Shown here piece by piece: positions 7,317 to 16,669 of a stretch of DNA of 43,873 nucleotides. Location of the stretch: assembly GCA_002293965.1 (NCBI GenBank), contig DBEG01000024.1:1-43873 (forward strand). The letters run 5' to 3'. Below the pieces are notes generated by a model, which had not been told where the DNA came from, made no database searches, and saw only the letters and a program-made list of their open reading frames with translations. A program made the translations under genes and the position numbers. This DNA comes from Actinobacteria bacterium UBA912 (GTDB lineage Bacteria > Actinomycetota > Coriobacteriia > Anaerosomatales > UBA912). Numbering within the stretch: position 1 is the first letter of the stretch; the number at the start of each line of letters is the position of its first letter.

Positions 7317-9066
7317 ACCGGAACCTGATTTGAGGTCGGGAGGGATATTGGGACAGAAGCGAAAGAGGAAATCGGCCGATAGAGGCCGGTTTGTGTTTCT
7401 GTGGTGTGTGATATTGATTGCTTTGCTGATCATCTCGGGGCGGCTTGTGCAGCTACAAGTAGTAGATGCGGCGGCCTACGCGGAATTGGCCACAGAACAG
7501 CGGAGACGTGACGTCCCGCTACCTCCTCGCCGGGGAACCATATTCGACCGCGAAGGCGAGCCGCTGGCCGTCAGCGTCCAAGCCTTCAGCGTCTTCGCCG
7601 ACCCGCGGGCGGTGGAGGATGCATCATCGACCGCAGAGGCGTTAGCCAGGGTGCTCGGCGGCGATCCAAGCGCTTATGGGGAGCGTTTGGTGAGGGACGG
7701 CGGCTTCGTATACATCGCCCGAAAGGTCGATGTGGAGCGAGTTGAAGCTCTACGTGAACTTGAGCTTGCGGGCGTGGGATTCCATCAAGACTCCCGCCGC
7801 GTGTATCCACTTGGGAACGTCGCCTGTCAGGTGCTCGGATTCGTCGGAGTCGACGACATCGGATTGGCCGGCCTTGAGAAGTACTACGACGAACTGCTGG
7901 CAGGTACTCCAGGCAGACTGATCGCGGAGCGGGATCCACGCGGCCGTCCGATACCTGGTGCCGTGGTCTCCGCCGAAGAGCCTATAGACGGCGAGGATGT
8001 CACGCTTACAATAGACCGGGACATACAACACCAAGCGCAGTTGGCCCTTGGGCAGGCCGTCGATAAGTGGAACGCAAAGGGCGGCAACGTCATCGTGATG
8101 GATCCGGACACGGGGGCGATCCTGGCGATGGCTTCGTATCCCTTCTTCGACCCCAACGCATTTTCGTCAGCCGATCAGACTGCTTTCCGGAATCGCGCCA
8201 TCACCGATGCTTACGAACCAGGTTCCACTCTCAAGTCCCTTACAACAGCGGCGGTCCTCGAAGCTGGGATATTCAATCCAGGCAGCATGTTCGATCTGCC
8301 TCCGACGATCCAGGTCGGTGGAAGAACCATCGGAGAGGCAAGACCACGAGGGTTCATCCGGGCGAGCCTGACCGAGATACATGCCAAATCCAGCAACGTG
8401 GGAACGGTGATGATGGGTACGAAACTCGGGCCGGATGCTCTATACGAGCACATGCTCGGTTTTGGCCTGACCAAGTCCACGGGAATCGATTTCTCTGGGG
8501 AGGCGGTTGGTTTTCTTCCACGCGTAAGCGACTGGTCTGTCTCCACCTTGGGAACAGTGTCTTTTGGTCAGGGCATCTCGGTGACGCCGCTGCAGATAGC
8601 ACGCGCCTTCTCGGCGATCGCAAGTGATGGCAGGTTGCCGAATCCGCACTTCAGGGTCGATGCGAAGAGTGCCGCGGCAAAGCGGCAGGTTGCGATCAGT
8701 GAAGAGACGGCCGCTACGATGCGCCATGTGATGGCCTCCGTGGTGACTTCGGGAACTGGGAGTTTGGCTGCGGTGCCGGGATATGCTGTCGCGGGAAAGA
8801 CTGGAACCGCCCAAAAGGTCAAAGTCGATGGCGGAGGATACGACAAGGGCAAGTACGTCGCATCGTTCGGGGGCTTTTTGCCGGTGAATGATCCGCAGTT
8901 GGTGATCCTCGTCAATATCGACGAGCCCACAGGGGCGATCTTCGGGGGCACGGTCGCGGCCCCTGCCTTCGCCCAGATTGCGCGCTTTGCCGTGTCGCAT
9001 CTGCGCATACCCCCCAGCGGGACAACGTCGGATGACGTTACGGCTACAATCCCGCCGAACGAGTGA
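7291..9066 (+). CDS. ftsI: Class B penicillin-binding protein / peptidoglycan D,D-transpeptidase FtsI
   Basis: N-terminal TM, PBP dimerisation domain, and transpeptidase motifs STLK (EPGSTLKS), SSN (KSSNVG) and KTGT (AGKTGTA). An alternative start is TTG 7348, directly after GGGAGGG (7338-7344). The track start at 7291 overlaps ftsL by 26 nt. Confidence 0.9.
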   Translation: MSDWCRCSEPEPDLRSGGILGQKRKRKSADRGRFVFLWCVILIALLIISGRLVQLQVVDAAAYAELATEQRRRDVPLPPRRGTIFDREGEPLAVSVQAFSVFADPRAVEDASSTAEALARVLGGDPSAYGERLVRDGGFVYIARKVDVERVEALRELELAGVGFHQDSRRVYPLGNVACQVLGFVGVDDIGLAGLEKYYDELLAGTPGRLIAERDPRGRPIPGAVVSAEEPIDGEDVTLTIDRDIQHQAQLALGQAVDKWNAKGGNVIVMDPDTGAILAMASYPFFDPNAFSSADQTAFRNRAITDAYEPGSTLKSLTTAAVLEAGIFNPGSMFDLPPTIQVGGRTIGEARPRGFIRASLTEIHAKSSNVGTVMMGTKLGPDALYEHMLGFGLTKSTGIDFSGEAVGFLPRVSDWSVSTLGTVSFGQGISVTPLQIARAFSAIASDGRLPNPHFRVDAKSAAAKRQVAISEETAATMRHVMASVVTSGTGSLAAVPGYAVAGKTGTAQKVKVDGGGYDKGKYVASFGGFLPVNDPQLVILVNIDEPTGAIFGGTVAAPAFAQIARFAVSHLRIPPSGTTSDDVTATIPPNE

Positions 9067-9123
9067 AACGGAGCCCCCTCAAGTGTTAACATCTGTCGAT
9101 TGTCGATTCGAATGTGAGAGCAG

Positions 9124-10575
9124 ATGCCGGTTTACGATCTAATGAGTCTGTTGCCCGAAGAAGTCGTCCTTGATGGCGGATCCGTCAAGGTCGAGGGCCT
9201 AGCTTACGATTCGCGCAAGGTTTCTCCTGCCGACGCCTTCTTCTGCATTCCGGGCCTTCGGTCCGACGGACATGATTTCGCGCGCGAGGCAGTATCACGC
9301 GGAGCGAGCGCGCTGGTCGTCGCCCGGCCGCTTGCCGATCTCGCAGAAATCCCGCAGATCGTGGTTGCGGATGCAAGGAGGGCGCTGGCGAGTGCCGCTG
9401 CTGCCTTCTACGGTGCGCCTAGCCGAGGACTCCGTATCGTCGGCGTTACAGGCACAAACGGCAAGACAACCACCACTTACCTCGTGGAATCCATCCTCAG
9501 GCACTCCGGGTTGGCGACCGGCCTGATCGGAACCGTCGAGACCCGGATCCGCGAGACCGCCATACCCGCCGAAAGGACGACGCCGGAGTCACTGGATCTT
9601 CAGCGACTACTGGCGCAGATGTCCGCCGAAGGGGTTGAATCCGTGGCCATGGAGGTCTCTTCGCACGCCATCGACCTCGGCCGGGTCGATGCAGTGAACT
9701 TTGCTGTTGCCGCATTCACCAATCTAACCCAAGATCACCTCGACTATCACGGTTCGATGGAGGCTTATGGCGCTGCTAAACTGCGCCTCTTCACAGAGCT
9801 GGATGTGGCGAGTCGAGTGATCAACATCGACGATCCCGTTGGGGCCTCGTTCGCCGCAGCGGTAGATGAACCGCTGACCGTCGGCACTTCGGCGAACGCG
9901 ACTATCCGCGCCACCGAGGTCGAACTCTTGCCCGACGCATCGCGATTCGTGCTCACAACCCCCTCGGGCGAGACTGCGGTCAGCCTACCAGTCGCCGGCT
10001 CATACAACGTGAGCAACGCTCTTGTTGCCGCCGGATGCGCATATGCGCTTGGGATCCCGCTTGCGGACATCGCAACAGGGCTAGCGTGCGCGGCTCAGGT
10101 TCCGGGTCGCCTTGAGAGGGTGTCGGCGGGGCAGGATTTCTCAGTGTTCGTCGATTACGCACACACCCCCGATAGCCTCAGGCAGGTGCTGGAGGCGATC
10201 AAGCGCGTTACTCCAGGTCGGGTGATCGCGGTCTTCGGGTGCGGCGGCGATCGCGATCCCGCCAAACGCCCGCTGATGGGTGAGGCGGCTTCGGTTGTCG
10301 CAGATCACGCGATCATCACGAGTGACAACCCGCGGACAGAGGACCCCGATGCGATAATCGCCCAGATCCTGCCCGGCATGTCGGCCGGTGGTGCCACCTA
10401 TCAGGTCGAGGTGGACAGGCGCAGGGCCATCGCTTCGGCCCTGGCCATGGCTCATCCTTCCGATTCGGTCCTGATCGCAGGCAAGGGACACGAGGATTAC
10501 CAGATATTCGCCGATAAGACCGTGCACTTCGATGACCGCGAGGTTGCCCTTGAGGAGTTGAGAGCCCGATGCTGA
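9124..10575 (+). CDS. murE: UDP-N-acetylmuramoyl-L-alanyl-D-glutamate--2,6-diaminopimelate ligase MurE
   Basis: Mur ligase P-loop GVTGTNGKTTT. The DNPR motif (ITSDNPRTEDP) is associated with meso-DAP specificity. Position is canonical for dcw. Confidence 0.93.
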   Translation: MPVYDLMSLLPEEVVLDGGSVKVEGLAYDSRKVSPADAFFCIPGLRSDGHDFAREAVSRGASALVVARPLADLAEIPQIVVADARRALASAAAAFYGAPSRGLRIVGVTGTNGKTTTTYLVESILRHSGLATGLIGTVETRIRETAIPAERTTPESLDLQRLLAQMSAEGVESVAMEVSSHAIDLGRVDAVNFAVAAFTNLTQDHLDYHGSMEAYGAAKLRLFTELDVASRVINIDDPVGASFAAAVDEPLTVGTSANATIRATEVELLPDASRFVLTTPSGETAVSLPVAGSYNVSNALVAAGCAYALGIPLADIATGLACAAQVPGRLERVSAGQDFSVFVDYAHTPDSLRQVLEAIKRVTPGRVIAVFGCGGDRDPAKRPLMGEAASVVADHAIITSDNPRTEDPDAIIAQILPGMSAGGATYQVEVDRRRAIASALAMAHPSDSVLIAGKGHEDYQIFADKTVHFDDREVALEELRARC

Positions 10576-11978
10576 CGCTGCCTGCAGGACTACTTGCCGA
10601 GGTAACCGCAGGTGAAATCCTCATCGGCAATCCTGATGTGATGGCCAATGGCCTACAGATCGATTCCAGGCTGGTCGAGCCGGGCAATATCTTCGTTGCA
10701 TTCGCGGGAGAGAAGGTCGATGGTCACCGATACCTGGAGGAGGCCATTTCGGCAGGTGCGCGAGTACTCCTCGTGACCGAAGGGTCCGAGCAACTCGGTC
10801 CGGCGATCGAGGCCGCACGGCTGCGGGGAACCACGGTTGTGAGAGTGGCTGATGCACTGGGTGCAGTCCAGACGCTCGCTCGTCACCATCGAGCGAGGTT
10901 GTTCTGCCCTGTGATCGGCGTGACTGGGTCCTCGGGCAAGACCACCACCAAGGACTTCATCTACAGCGTGATCTCGCAGCGTGCCAAGGTGGTGGCGACT
11001 CAGGGGAACCGCAACAACGAACTGGGCGTTCCGCTGACTCTGTTCGAGGCTGGCGCGGACACAGATGCCGTGGTGCTGGAGATGGCGATGAGGGGTGAAG
11101 GGCAGATTTCGACACTTGCCTCGATCGCCAGGCCCACCGCGGGCCTGATAACAAATATCGGGACGTCCCACATCGAGATTCTCGGCAGTCAAGATGCGAT
11201 CGCCAGCGCCAAAGCAGAGCTGGTAGCCTCGATAGGATCCGAGGGTACTGTCTTTTTGAACGGCGATGACGCATACGCCGACCTGATTGCTTCTGGTACC
11301 ACTGCTTCTGTGATCCGCTATGGCCTGGGTGCTGCCAACCAGGTGCGCGCGGAGAACGTCGTTGTCGACGATGAGAGCCGCCCGACCTTTGACCTTGTTA
11401 TGGCGGATATCAGAGAGCGGGTCTATCTAGGACTTCCGGGACGTCACAACGTGTACAATGCGCTGGCGGCTGCCGCGGTCGGGGGATACATGGGCATTCC
11501 CGCCCCAGACATCGTCACAGGACTTCAAGGCGCAACCATCACCGAGATGCGCATGCAGGCCTTTATGACAGCAAGCGGCATACACGTCATCAACGATGCC
11601 TACAACGCCAACCCCTCGTCCATGCGGGCTGCGATTGAGACCCTCTCGGCGATGAGTGCGGCCGTAAGGCGTATAGCCGTACTTGGTGATATGGCCGAAC
11701 TCGGCTCTCTCACGGAGCTTGCCCACTTCAGGATCGGTGAGGCCATCGAGGAGCTTGATATCGATCTGCTGATCACCGTCGGGCCACGAGCTCTAAGGAT
11801 CGCCGATGGTGCCAGAGCTGCAGGTATGGAGGGTTCTGCGGTATTCGCTTTCGATGACATCGGTGCGGCGACGGCCAAAGTCCTGGAATGTGCTTCCCCC
11901 GGCGACGCAGTTCTGGTGAAGGCGTCACGCGTGATCGGGCTGGAGAGGGTCGTCGATGCGATCGTGAGCCCCGAATGA
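10569..11978 (+). CDS. murF: UDP-N-acetylmuramoyl-tripeptide--D-alanyl-D-alanine ligase MurF
   Basis: GVTGSSGKTTTKD P-loop, INDAYNANPSSM motif, and position after murE with a 7-nt overlap. Confidence 0.9.
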   Translation: MLTLPAGLLAEVTAGEILIGNPDVMANGLQIDSRLVEPGNIFVAFAGEKVDGHRYLEEAISAGARVLLVTEGSEQLGPAIEAARLRGTTVVRVADALGAVQTLARHHRARLFCPVIGVTGSSGKTTTKDFIYSVISQRAKVVATQGNRNNELGVPLTLFEAGADTDAVVLEMAMRGEGQISTLASIARPTAGLITNIGTSHIEILGSQDAIASAKAELVASIGSEGTVFLNGDDAYADLIASGTTASVIRYGLGAANQVRAENVVVDDESRPTFDLVMADIRERVYLGLPGRHNVYNALAAAAVGGYMGIPAPDIVTGLQGATITEMRMQAFMTASGIHVINDAYNANPSSMRAAIETLSAMSAAVRRIAVLGDMAELGSLTELAHFRIGEAIEELDIDLLITVGPRALRIADGARAAGMEGSAVFAFDDIGAATAKVLECASPGDAVLVKASRVIGLERVVDAIVSPE

Positions 11979-13018
11979 TCAACATCGCGCAATATCCCAC
12001 ATACCAGGTCCTGATCGCGGTCGTACTGGCCCTGGTGCTCTGCGTGGTGTTCTTTCCGCTGTGGATCAAAGTACTGCGCTATCGCAACATCGGACAGCAG
12101 ATCCGCGCAGACGGACCTCAGGGCCACCTGGTCAAACAGGGTACGCCAACGATGGGTGGGGTGCTGATCATCATCGTCGTCTTCGCCGTGTACGTAGCGA
12201 TGGGCGACTTCGGTCGACTCTCTTTCCTGGCGCTTGCTGCGATGATCGGTTGCGGGCTGCTGGGCTTCTTCGATGACTGGGCCAAAGTGGCCAAGGAGCG
12301 ATCTTTGGGGCTGTCTCCTCGTATGAAGATCGCTGGCCAGGCACTCATCGCCCTGATGTTCGCGTTGGCGGCGGTGAACTGGGGTAGCATCTCGTCGCGA
12401 GTCGCCTTACCGCTGTTAGACGCTTCGGTAGACCTGGGCGTCTACACATCGGTGTTCGACTTCGGGAATTTCGGCATCATCGTACCGTGGTTATACATCG
12501 GACTTGTCTTCCTGATGATGATTGCCACGAGCAACACAGTGAATCTAACTGATGGTCTCGACGGCTTGGCTGCCGGGACGATCACGATTGTGATGATGGC
12601 GTATGCTGGGATTGCGTTTCGGCAGGATCGTCTCGACATCGCCCTGTTGGCTGCTGCTGTGGCAGGGGCTTGCGTAGGGTTCTTGTGGTACAACAGCCAT
12701 CCGGCAGACATCTTCATGGGCGATACCGGGTCCCTCGGCATCGGAGCGGGCATCGCAGCACTAGCGGTCATTACCAAGACCGAGTTGCTACTGGTGCTGA
12801 TCGGTGGGATATACGTGATCCAGGGCTTGTCGGTGATCCTTCAGGTAGCCTCGTTCAAGCTGACGGGCAAACGTATCTTCAAGATGGCCCCGATCCATCA
12901 TCACTTCGAGATGTTGGGCTGGTCAGAGACGAAGGTCATGGTGCGATTCTGGGTCGTGACCGGAATCTTGGCTGGCGCAGGATTCGCTCTGTACTTTGTT
13001 GGCTCGGTCAAGGGATAG
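11975..13018 (+). CDS. mraY: Phospho-N-acetylmuramoyl-pentapeptide transferase MraY
   Basis: ATGA overlap with the murF stop. Polytopic membrane protein with KQGTPTMGG, NLTDGLDGLA and PIHHHFE motifs. The track ORF from 11888 is over-extended. Confidence 0.93.
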   Translation: MINIAQYPTYQVLIAVVLALVLCVVFFPLWIKVLRYRNIGQQIRADGPQGHLVKQGTPTMGGVLIIIVVFAVYVAMGDFGRLSFLALAAMIGCGLLGFFDDWAKVAKERSLGLSPRMKIAGQALIALMFALAAVNWGSISSRVALPLLDASVDLGVYTSVFDFGNFGIIVPWLYIGLVFLMMIATSNTVNLTDGLDGLAAGTITIVMMAYAGIAFRQDRLDIALLAAAVAGACVGFLWYNSHPADIFMGDTGSLGIGAGIAALAVITKTELLLVLIGGIYVIQGLSVILQVASFKLTGKRIFKMAPIHHHFEMLGWSETKVMVRFWVVTGILAGAGFALYFVGSVKG

Positions 13019-13020
13019 TG

Positions 13021-14406
13021 ATGCAACCGCTACCGCGAAACGTAGCAGTTCTGGGAGCCGGGGCATCAGGACTCGCGGTCGTCGATTACCTGGTCAGACA
13101 CCGGGCCACGGGCCATCCTTCCCACATCGCCCTCTATGATTCGGCAACCTCCGAGAAGCTTGCACAGGTAGCCCTAGCTCTTCGGCAGGTATCGGTCGAC
13201 TTCTACCCCGGAGCTGACTCCCTGACTGCTCCCGCAGACCTGTGCATCGCGAGCCCGGGCATTCCGCCAGCGTCCCCGCTGTTCCGCTCGGCACTTTCGC
13301 AATCGACGCGACTCGTAAGCGAGATCGAGTTCGCATTCGAGCGGTCGACCTCGACATGGGTCGGAGTGACCGGCACCAACGGCAAGACCACCGTCACGAG
13401 CCTCATCACTCATCTGCTTCGAGAGGGCGGGCTAATCGCCGAGGCAGTCGGCAATATCGGCGATCCCGCAATCGCTGCCATCGATCGGGTAGGAAGCGAG
13501 ACCATCCTCGTCGCCGAGGTGTCCTCCTTCCAGCTCGCTTCCACGGAGAACTTCCGCCCGAAGGTCGCGGTCTTGCTCAACATCACCGAGGACCACATCG
13601 ACTGGCATGGGTCGTTCGAGTCTTATGCCCGCGACAAGGCGAAGTTGTTGGCCAATCTGGCAGATGACGACGTGGCCATCATCGATATCGATGATTCCGG
13701 GTCAGCAGTCTATGCCAACGCTGTCGAAGCCACAGGGGTTCGCGTGATACGGGTCTCCAGACGCTGCCTGCCTAGCGGTGGAGCCGGGCTCACTCCAGGC
13801 TCGGAGTTGGCGATTACCTGCGGACCCGAGATACGCGCCCTGCTTTCCAGTGCCGACCTTAGGATCAAGGGCCCCCACAACATCAACAACGCCCTTGCCG
13901 CAGCCGCTGCGGCGTCCGTGCTCGGCGTCGACCTCGAGGCGATCCGAAGGGGCCTTAGAAGCTTCACCCCGGTCGCTCACAGGCTTCAGACAGTGCTCAC
14001 CGTGAATGGCGTCGAGTACGTCAACGACTCGAAGGCAACCAATCCGGCATCCGTGGTGGTCGCCATCGAGGCGTTCGCCCACAACCGGATCGTGCTCCTG
14101 CTAGGCGGGAGGAACAAGGGCTCTGAGTTCCGCTCGCTTGCGTCGGCCCTTTCGGCGGGGGATATCCGCGTCATAGCTTTCGGCGAAGCTGCCGAGGAGA
14201 TCGCGCAGCACATGCGCTCCGAAGACGTGCCCTGCGACGTCGTGGCGGGGCTTGTCGATGCGGTTGATGTCGCCGCGCGCATCGCGAGGGTCGGCGATGT
14301 TGTCTTGCTCTCGCCAGGCTGCGCATCTTTCGATGAGTTCGATGGATTTGCCCATCGAGGCGAGGTATTCATGCAACATGTTCGGAAGATCGGGACCCTA
14401 TCGTGA
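13021..14406 (+). CDS. murD: UDP-N-acetylmuramoylalanine--D-glutamate ligase MurD
   Basis: VAVLGAGASGLAV Rossmann-like N-terminus, GVTGTNGKTTV P-loop, NDSKATN motif. The start (ATG 13021 or GTG 13018) immediately follows the mraY stop. The track ORF from 12670 is over-extended. Confidence 0.9.
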   Translation: MQPLPRNVAVLGAGASGLAVVDYLVRHRATGHPSHIALYDSATSEKLAQVALALRQVSVDFYPGADSLTAPADLCIASPGIPPASPLFRSALSQSTRLVSEIEFAFERSTSTWVGVTGTNGKTTVTSLITHLLREGGLIAEAVGNIGDPAIAAIDRVGSETILVAEVSSFQLASTENFRPKVAVLLNITEDHIDWHGSFESYARDKAKLLANLADDDVAIIDIDDSGSAVYANAVEATGVRVIRVSRRCLPSGGAGLTPGSELAITCGPEIRALLSSADLRIKGPHNINNALAAAAAASVLGVDLEAIRRGLRSFTPVAHRLQTVLTVNGVEYVNDSKATNPASVVVAIEAFAHNRIVLLLGGRNKGSEFRSLASALSAGDIRVIAFGEAAEEIAQHMRSEDVPCDVVAGLVDAVDVAARIARVGDVVLLSPGCASFDEFDGFAHRGEVFMQHVRKIGTLS

Positions 14407-15644
14407 GCGCACGCGAGGGGTTCTGTGGCGGCAGTCTGGCGAGATATCTGTTGCTCGGCTCGACGCTGTATCTTCTTGTGTTGGGGATATTGATGGTCTA
14501 TTCGGCATCCTCGGTGGCGGATTACCTTCGATTCGAGGACAGCTTCTATCACTTGAAGCGACATGTTGCGTTCGCTTTCGTCGGGTTGCTCATGATGTAC
14601 GCTGCATCCAAAGTCGACTACCGTGTCCTTCGCAAAGCCGCCTGGCCCTTCCTTGGCGTATGCATCGCTGCGCTGGTCGCAGTATTGGCGATGGGCTCGA
14701 TGCGTTGGGGGGCTACACGCTGGCTGGATCTCGGGTTCATCACGGTGCAGCCGTCCGAGTACGCGAAGCTGGCCTGTTTGCTCGTCGCAGCGTTGTCTCT
14801 TTCGCAATGGCGTGCCGGGGTGATCACGGCTAGACAACTCACCATTCGGCTCGGTGGGGCTTTTGCAGCGGTTGCGTCACTCGTACTCTTCCAGCCTGAC
14901 ATGGGCACAACCGTCATGATCGTGTCCACGCTCTATTTCGTGCTGGTGCTCGGCAAGGTCAAGGCCTCCCTCTTGGCGGTGGGTACCGCAGCTGGAGTTG
15001 GTGCAGCGGGCTTACTGATGTTCGTTGCCTCCTACCGAGAAGACCGCGTGTTGGCCTTCCTTGATCCGTGGGCCGATCCGCTCGGCTCCGGATATCAGGC
15101 CATCCAGTCGATGCTTGCCTTTGGATCCGGTGGGATCACGGGTATGGGCGTGGGTATGTCGCGGCAGAAGTTCTCGTTTTTGCCAGCCGCACATACCGAC
15201 TTCGTGTTCTCCATCGTCGGCGAAGAGCTGGGACTGCTCGGTTCACTCTCTGTTGTGCTAGCTTTCAGCGTGTTCACCTACGCTGGGCTTAAGATCGCCT
15301 TCGCTTGCAAGGACACCTTCGGCCGGTTGGTAGCCGGAGGTATGACCGCAACCATAGTGCTACAAGCGATAGTGAACATGGCGATGGTGATCGGTCTGAT
15401 CCCAATCACCGGCAAGCCATTGCCCCTGGTCAGCTATGGAGGGACTGCGATTACCTTGACCCTCTTATCTATCGGTGTGATTCTGTCTGTGTCGTCGTTC
15501 GGCGCAAGGAGTCAGCGTTTGAGCGCTGCGCGCCCACGTAGCAAGGAGCAAACCCGTGCGAGTCTGGATGAGCGGCGGAGGAACAGCGGGTCACATCTAC
15601 CCCGCGTTAGCACTCGCGCAGCAGCTGTTAGAAAGCGCGCATGA
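14403..15644 (+). CDS. ftsW: SEDS-family peptidoglycan glycosyltransferase FtsW
   Basis: GTGA overlap with murD. Multi-TM protein with the conserved SEDS blocks QPSEYAKL, LQPDMGT and PLPLVSYGGT. The basic C-terminal tail overlaps murG. Confidence 0.88.
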   Translation: MSAREGFCGGSLARYLLLGSTLYLLVLGILMVYSASSVADYLRFEDSFYHLKRHVAFAFVGLLMMYAASKVDYRVLRKAAWPFLGVCIAALVAVLAMGSMRWGATRWLDLGFITVQPSEYAKLACLLVAALSLSQWRAGVITARQLTIRLGGAFAAVASLVLFQPDMGTTVMIVSTLYFVLVLGKVKASLLAVGTAAGVGAAGLLMFVASYREDRVLAFLDPWADPLGSGYQAIQSMLAFGSGGITGMGVGMSRQKFSFLPAAHTDFVFSIVGEELGLLGSLSVVLAFSVFTYAGLKIAFACKDTFGRLVAGGMTATIVLQAIVNMAMVIGLIPITGKPLPLVSYGGTAITLTLLSIGVILSVSSFGARSQRLSAARPRSKEQTRASLDERRRNSGSHLPRVSTRAAAVRKRA

Positions 15645-16656
15645 CGAGGTCATATACTTTGGGACAAGCCGAGGACCCGAGGCGGATCTGGTCTCCAAGG
15701 CTGGGATTCCTTTCATAGCCCTGCCAGCTAGAGGTTTCGTCCGCAACAGGCCATGGACACTCATCTCGGCGATGCTGGTGTTGACAGCATCGGTCGTCAG
15801 TGCCTTATCGATGATGTGGAGGCAACGACCCGATGTCGTCGTGGTCTTCGGAGGGTATGTGTGCATCCCCGTAGGCATCGCAGCGATCCTAACTCGTACG
15901 CCACTGGTCATCCATGAGCAGAACTCAGTAGCCGGACTGGCCAATCGCATTCTCGGACGCTATGCGCAAGCCGTTGCGTTGACGTATCCGGAGTCGTCTG
16001 TCGGGTTCGAGGGATCCAAGAAGGTGGTGGTGACGGGAAACCCCGTGCGCCCAGCGGTGAGGAATGCGGATCCCGTGGCGGGAAGGATGGCGCTCGGAAT
16101 CCCCCCTGAGGCACTCGTGCTGGTGGTTTTCGGCGGGTCGCGTGGAGCGCGCCGAATCAACCAAGTTCTAGTCGAAACGCACGCGGAGCTTCTCAAGATC
16201 GATGGCCTGCACATCGTGCACATCACCGGGGTACACGAATACCCCAGCGTCCTGGCTGCTGCCGCAGACGAGGGCCCCGTGCCGGAGCGGTATCATCTAC
16301 TTGGATATGTTGACGATATGGGATCAGTGCTTGCTGCCGCAGATTTGATCGTGGCGCGTGCGGGTGCTACCTCTATCGCTGAGATAACGGTACTTCGCAA
16401 GCCTGCGGTCTACGTACCGTATCCACATGCCACCGATGATCATCAGTCCAAGAATGCGGCTTCATTGGCCGAAGCGGGCGCAGCGGTCGTCATACCGGAT
16501 GACCAGCTCAAACCCGCGGTCTTCATCGAGATGGTGACGGCTTTGCTCGTCGACAGCGTGACGCGTGATAACATAGCCGCCGCACTTTCTGGGCTGGCGA
16601 TCCCCGATGCAGCTGAGCGTCTCGCCGAACTGACGCGACAAGTACACAACGACTGA
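15556..16656 (+). CDS. murG: UDP-N-acetylglucosamine--N-acetylmuramyl-(pentapeptide) pyrophosphoryl-undecaprenol GlcNAc transferase MurG
   Basis: VRVWMSGGGTAGHIYPALA is the MurG N-terminal G-loop. AAGGAG lies 7 nt before GTG 15556. The start lies 89 nt inside the ftsW reading frame. Confidence 0.9.
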   Translation: MRVWMSGGGTAGHIYPALALAQQLLESAHDEVIYFGTSRGPEADLVSKAGIPFIALPARGFVRNRPWTLISAMLVLTASVVSALSMMWRQRPDVVVVFGGYVCIPVGIAAILTRTPLVIHEQNSVAGLANRILGRYAQAVALTYPESSVGFEGSKKVVVTGNPVRPAVRNADPVAGRMALGIPPEALVLVVFGGSRGARRINQVLVETHAELLKIDGLHIVHITGVHEYPSVLAAAADEGPVPERYHLLGYVDDMGSVLAAADLIVARAGATSIAEITVLRKPAVYVPYPHATDDHQSKNAASLAEAGAAVVIPDDQLKPAVFIEMVTALLVDSVTRDNIAAALSGLAIPDAAERLAELTRQVHND

Positions 16657-16669
16657 CAGGCCACTATAT

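Noticed and set aside
9085-9110. Tandem TGTCGAT TGTCGAT and a GTTAAC palindrome between ftsI and murE.
   Set aside because: They are too short to distinguish from chance, and there is no supporting context.
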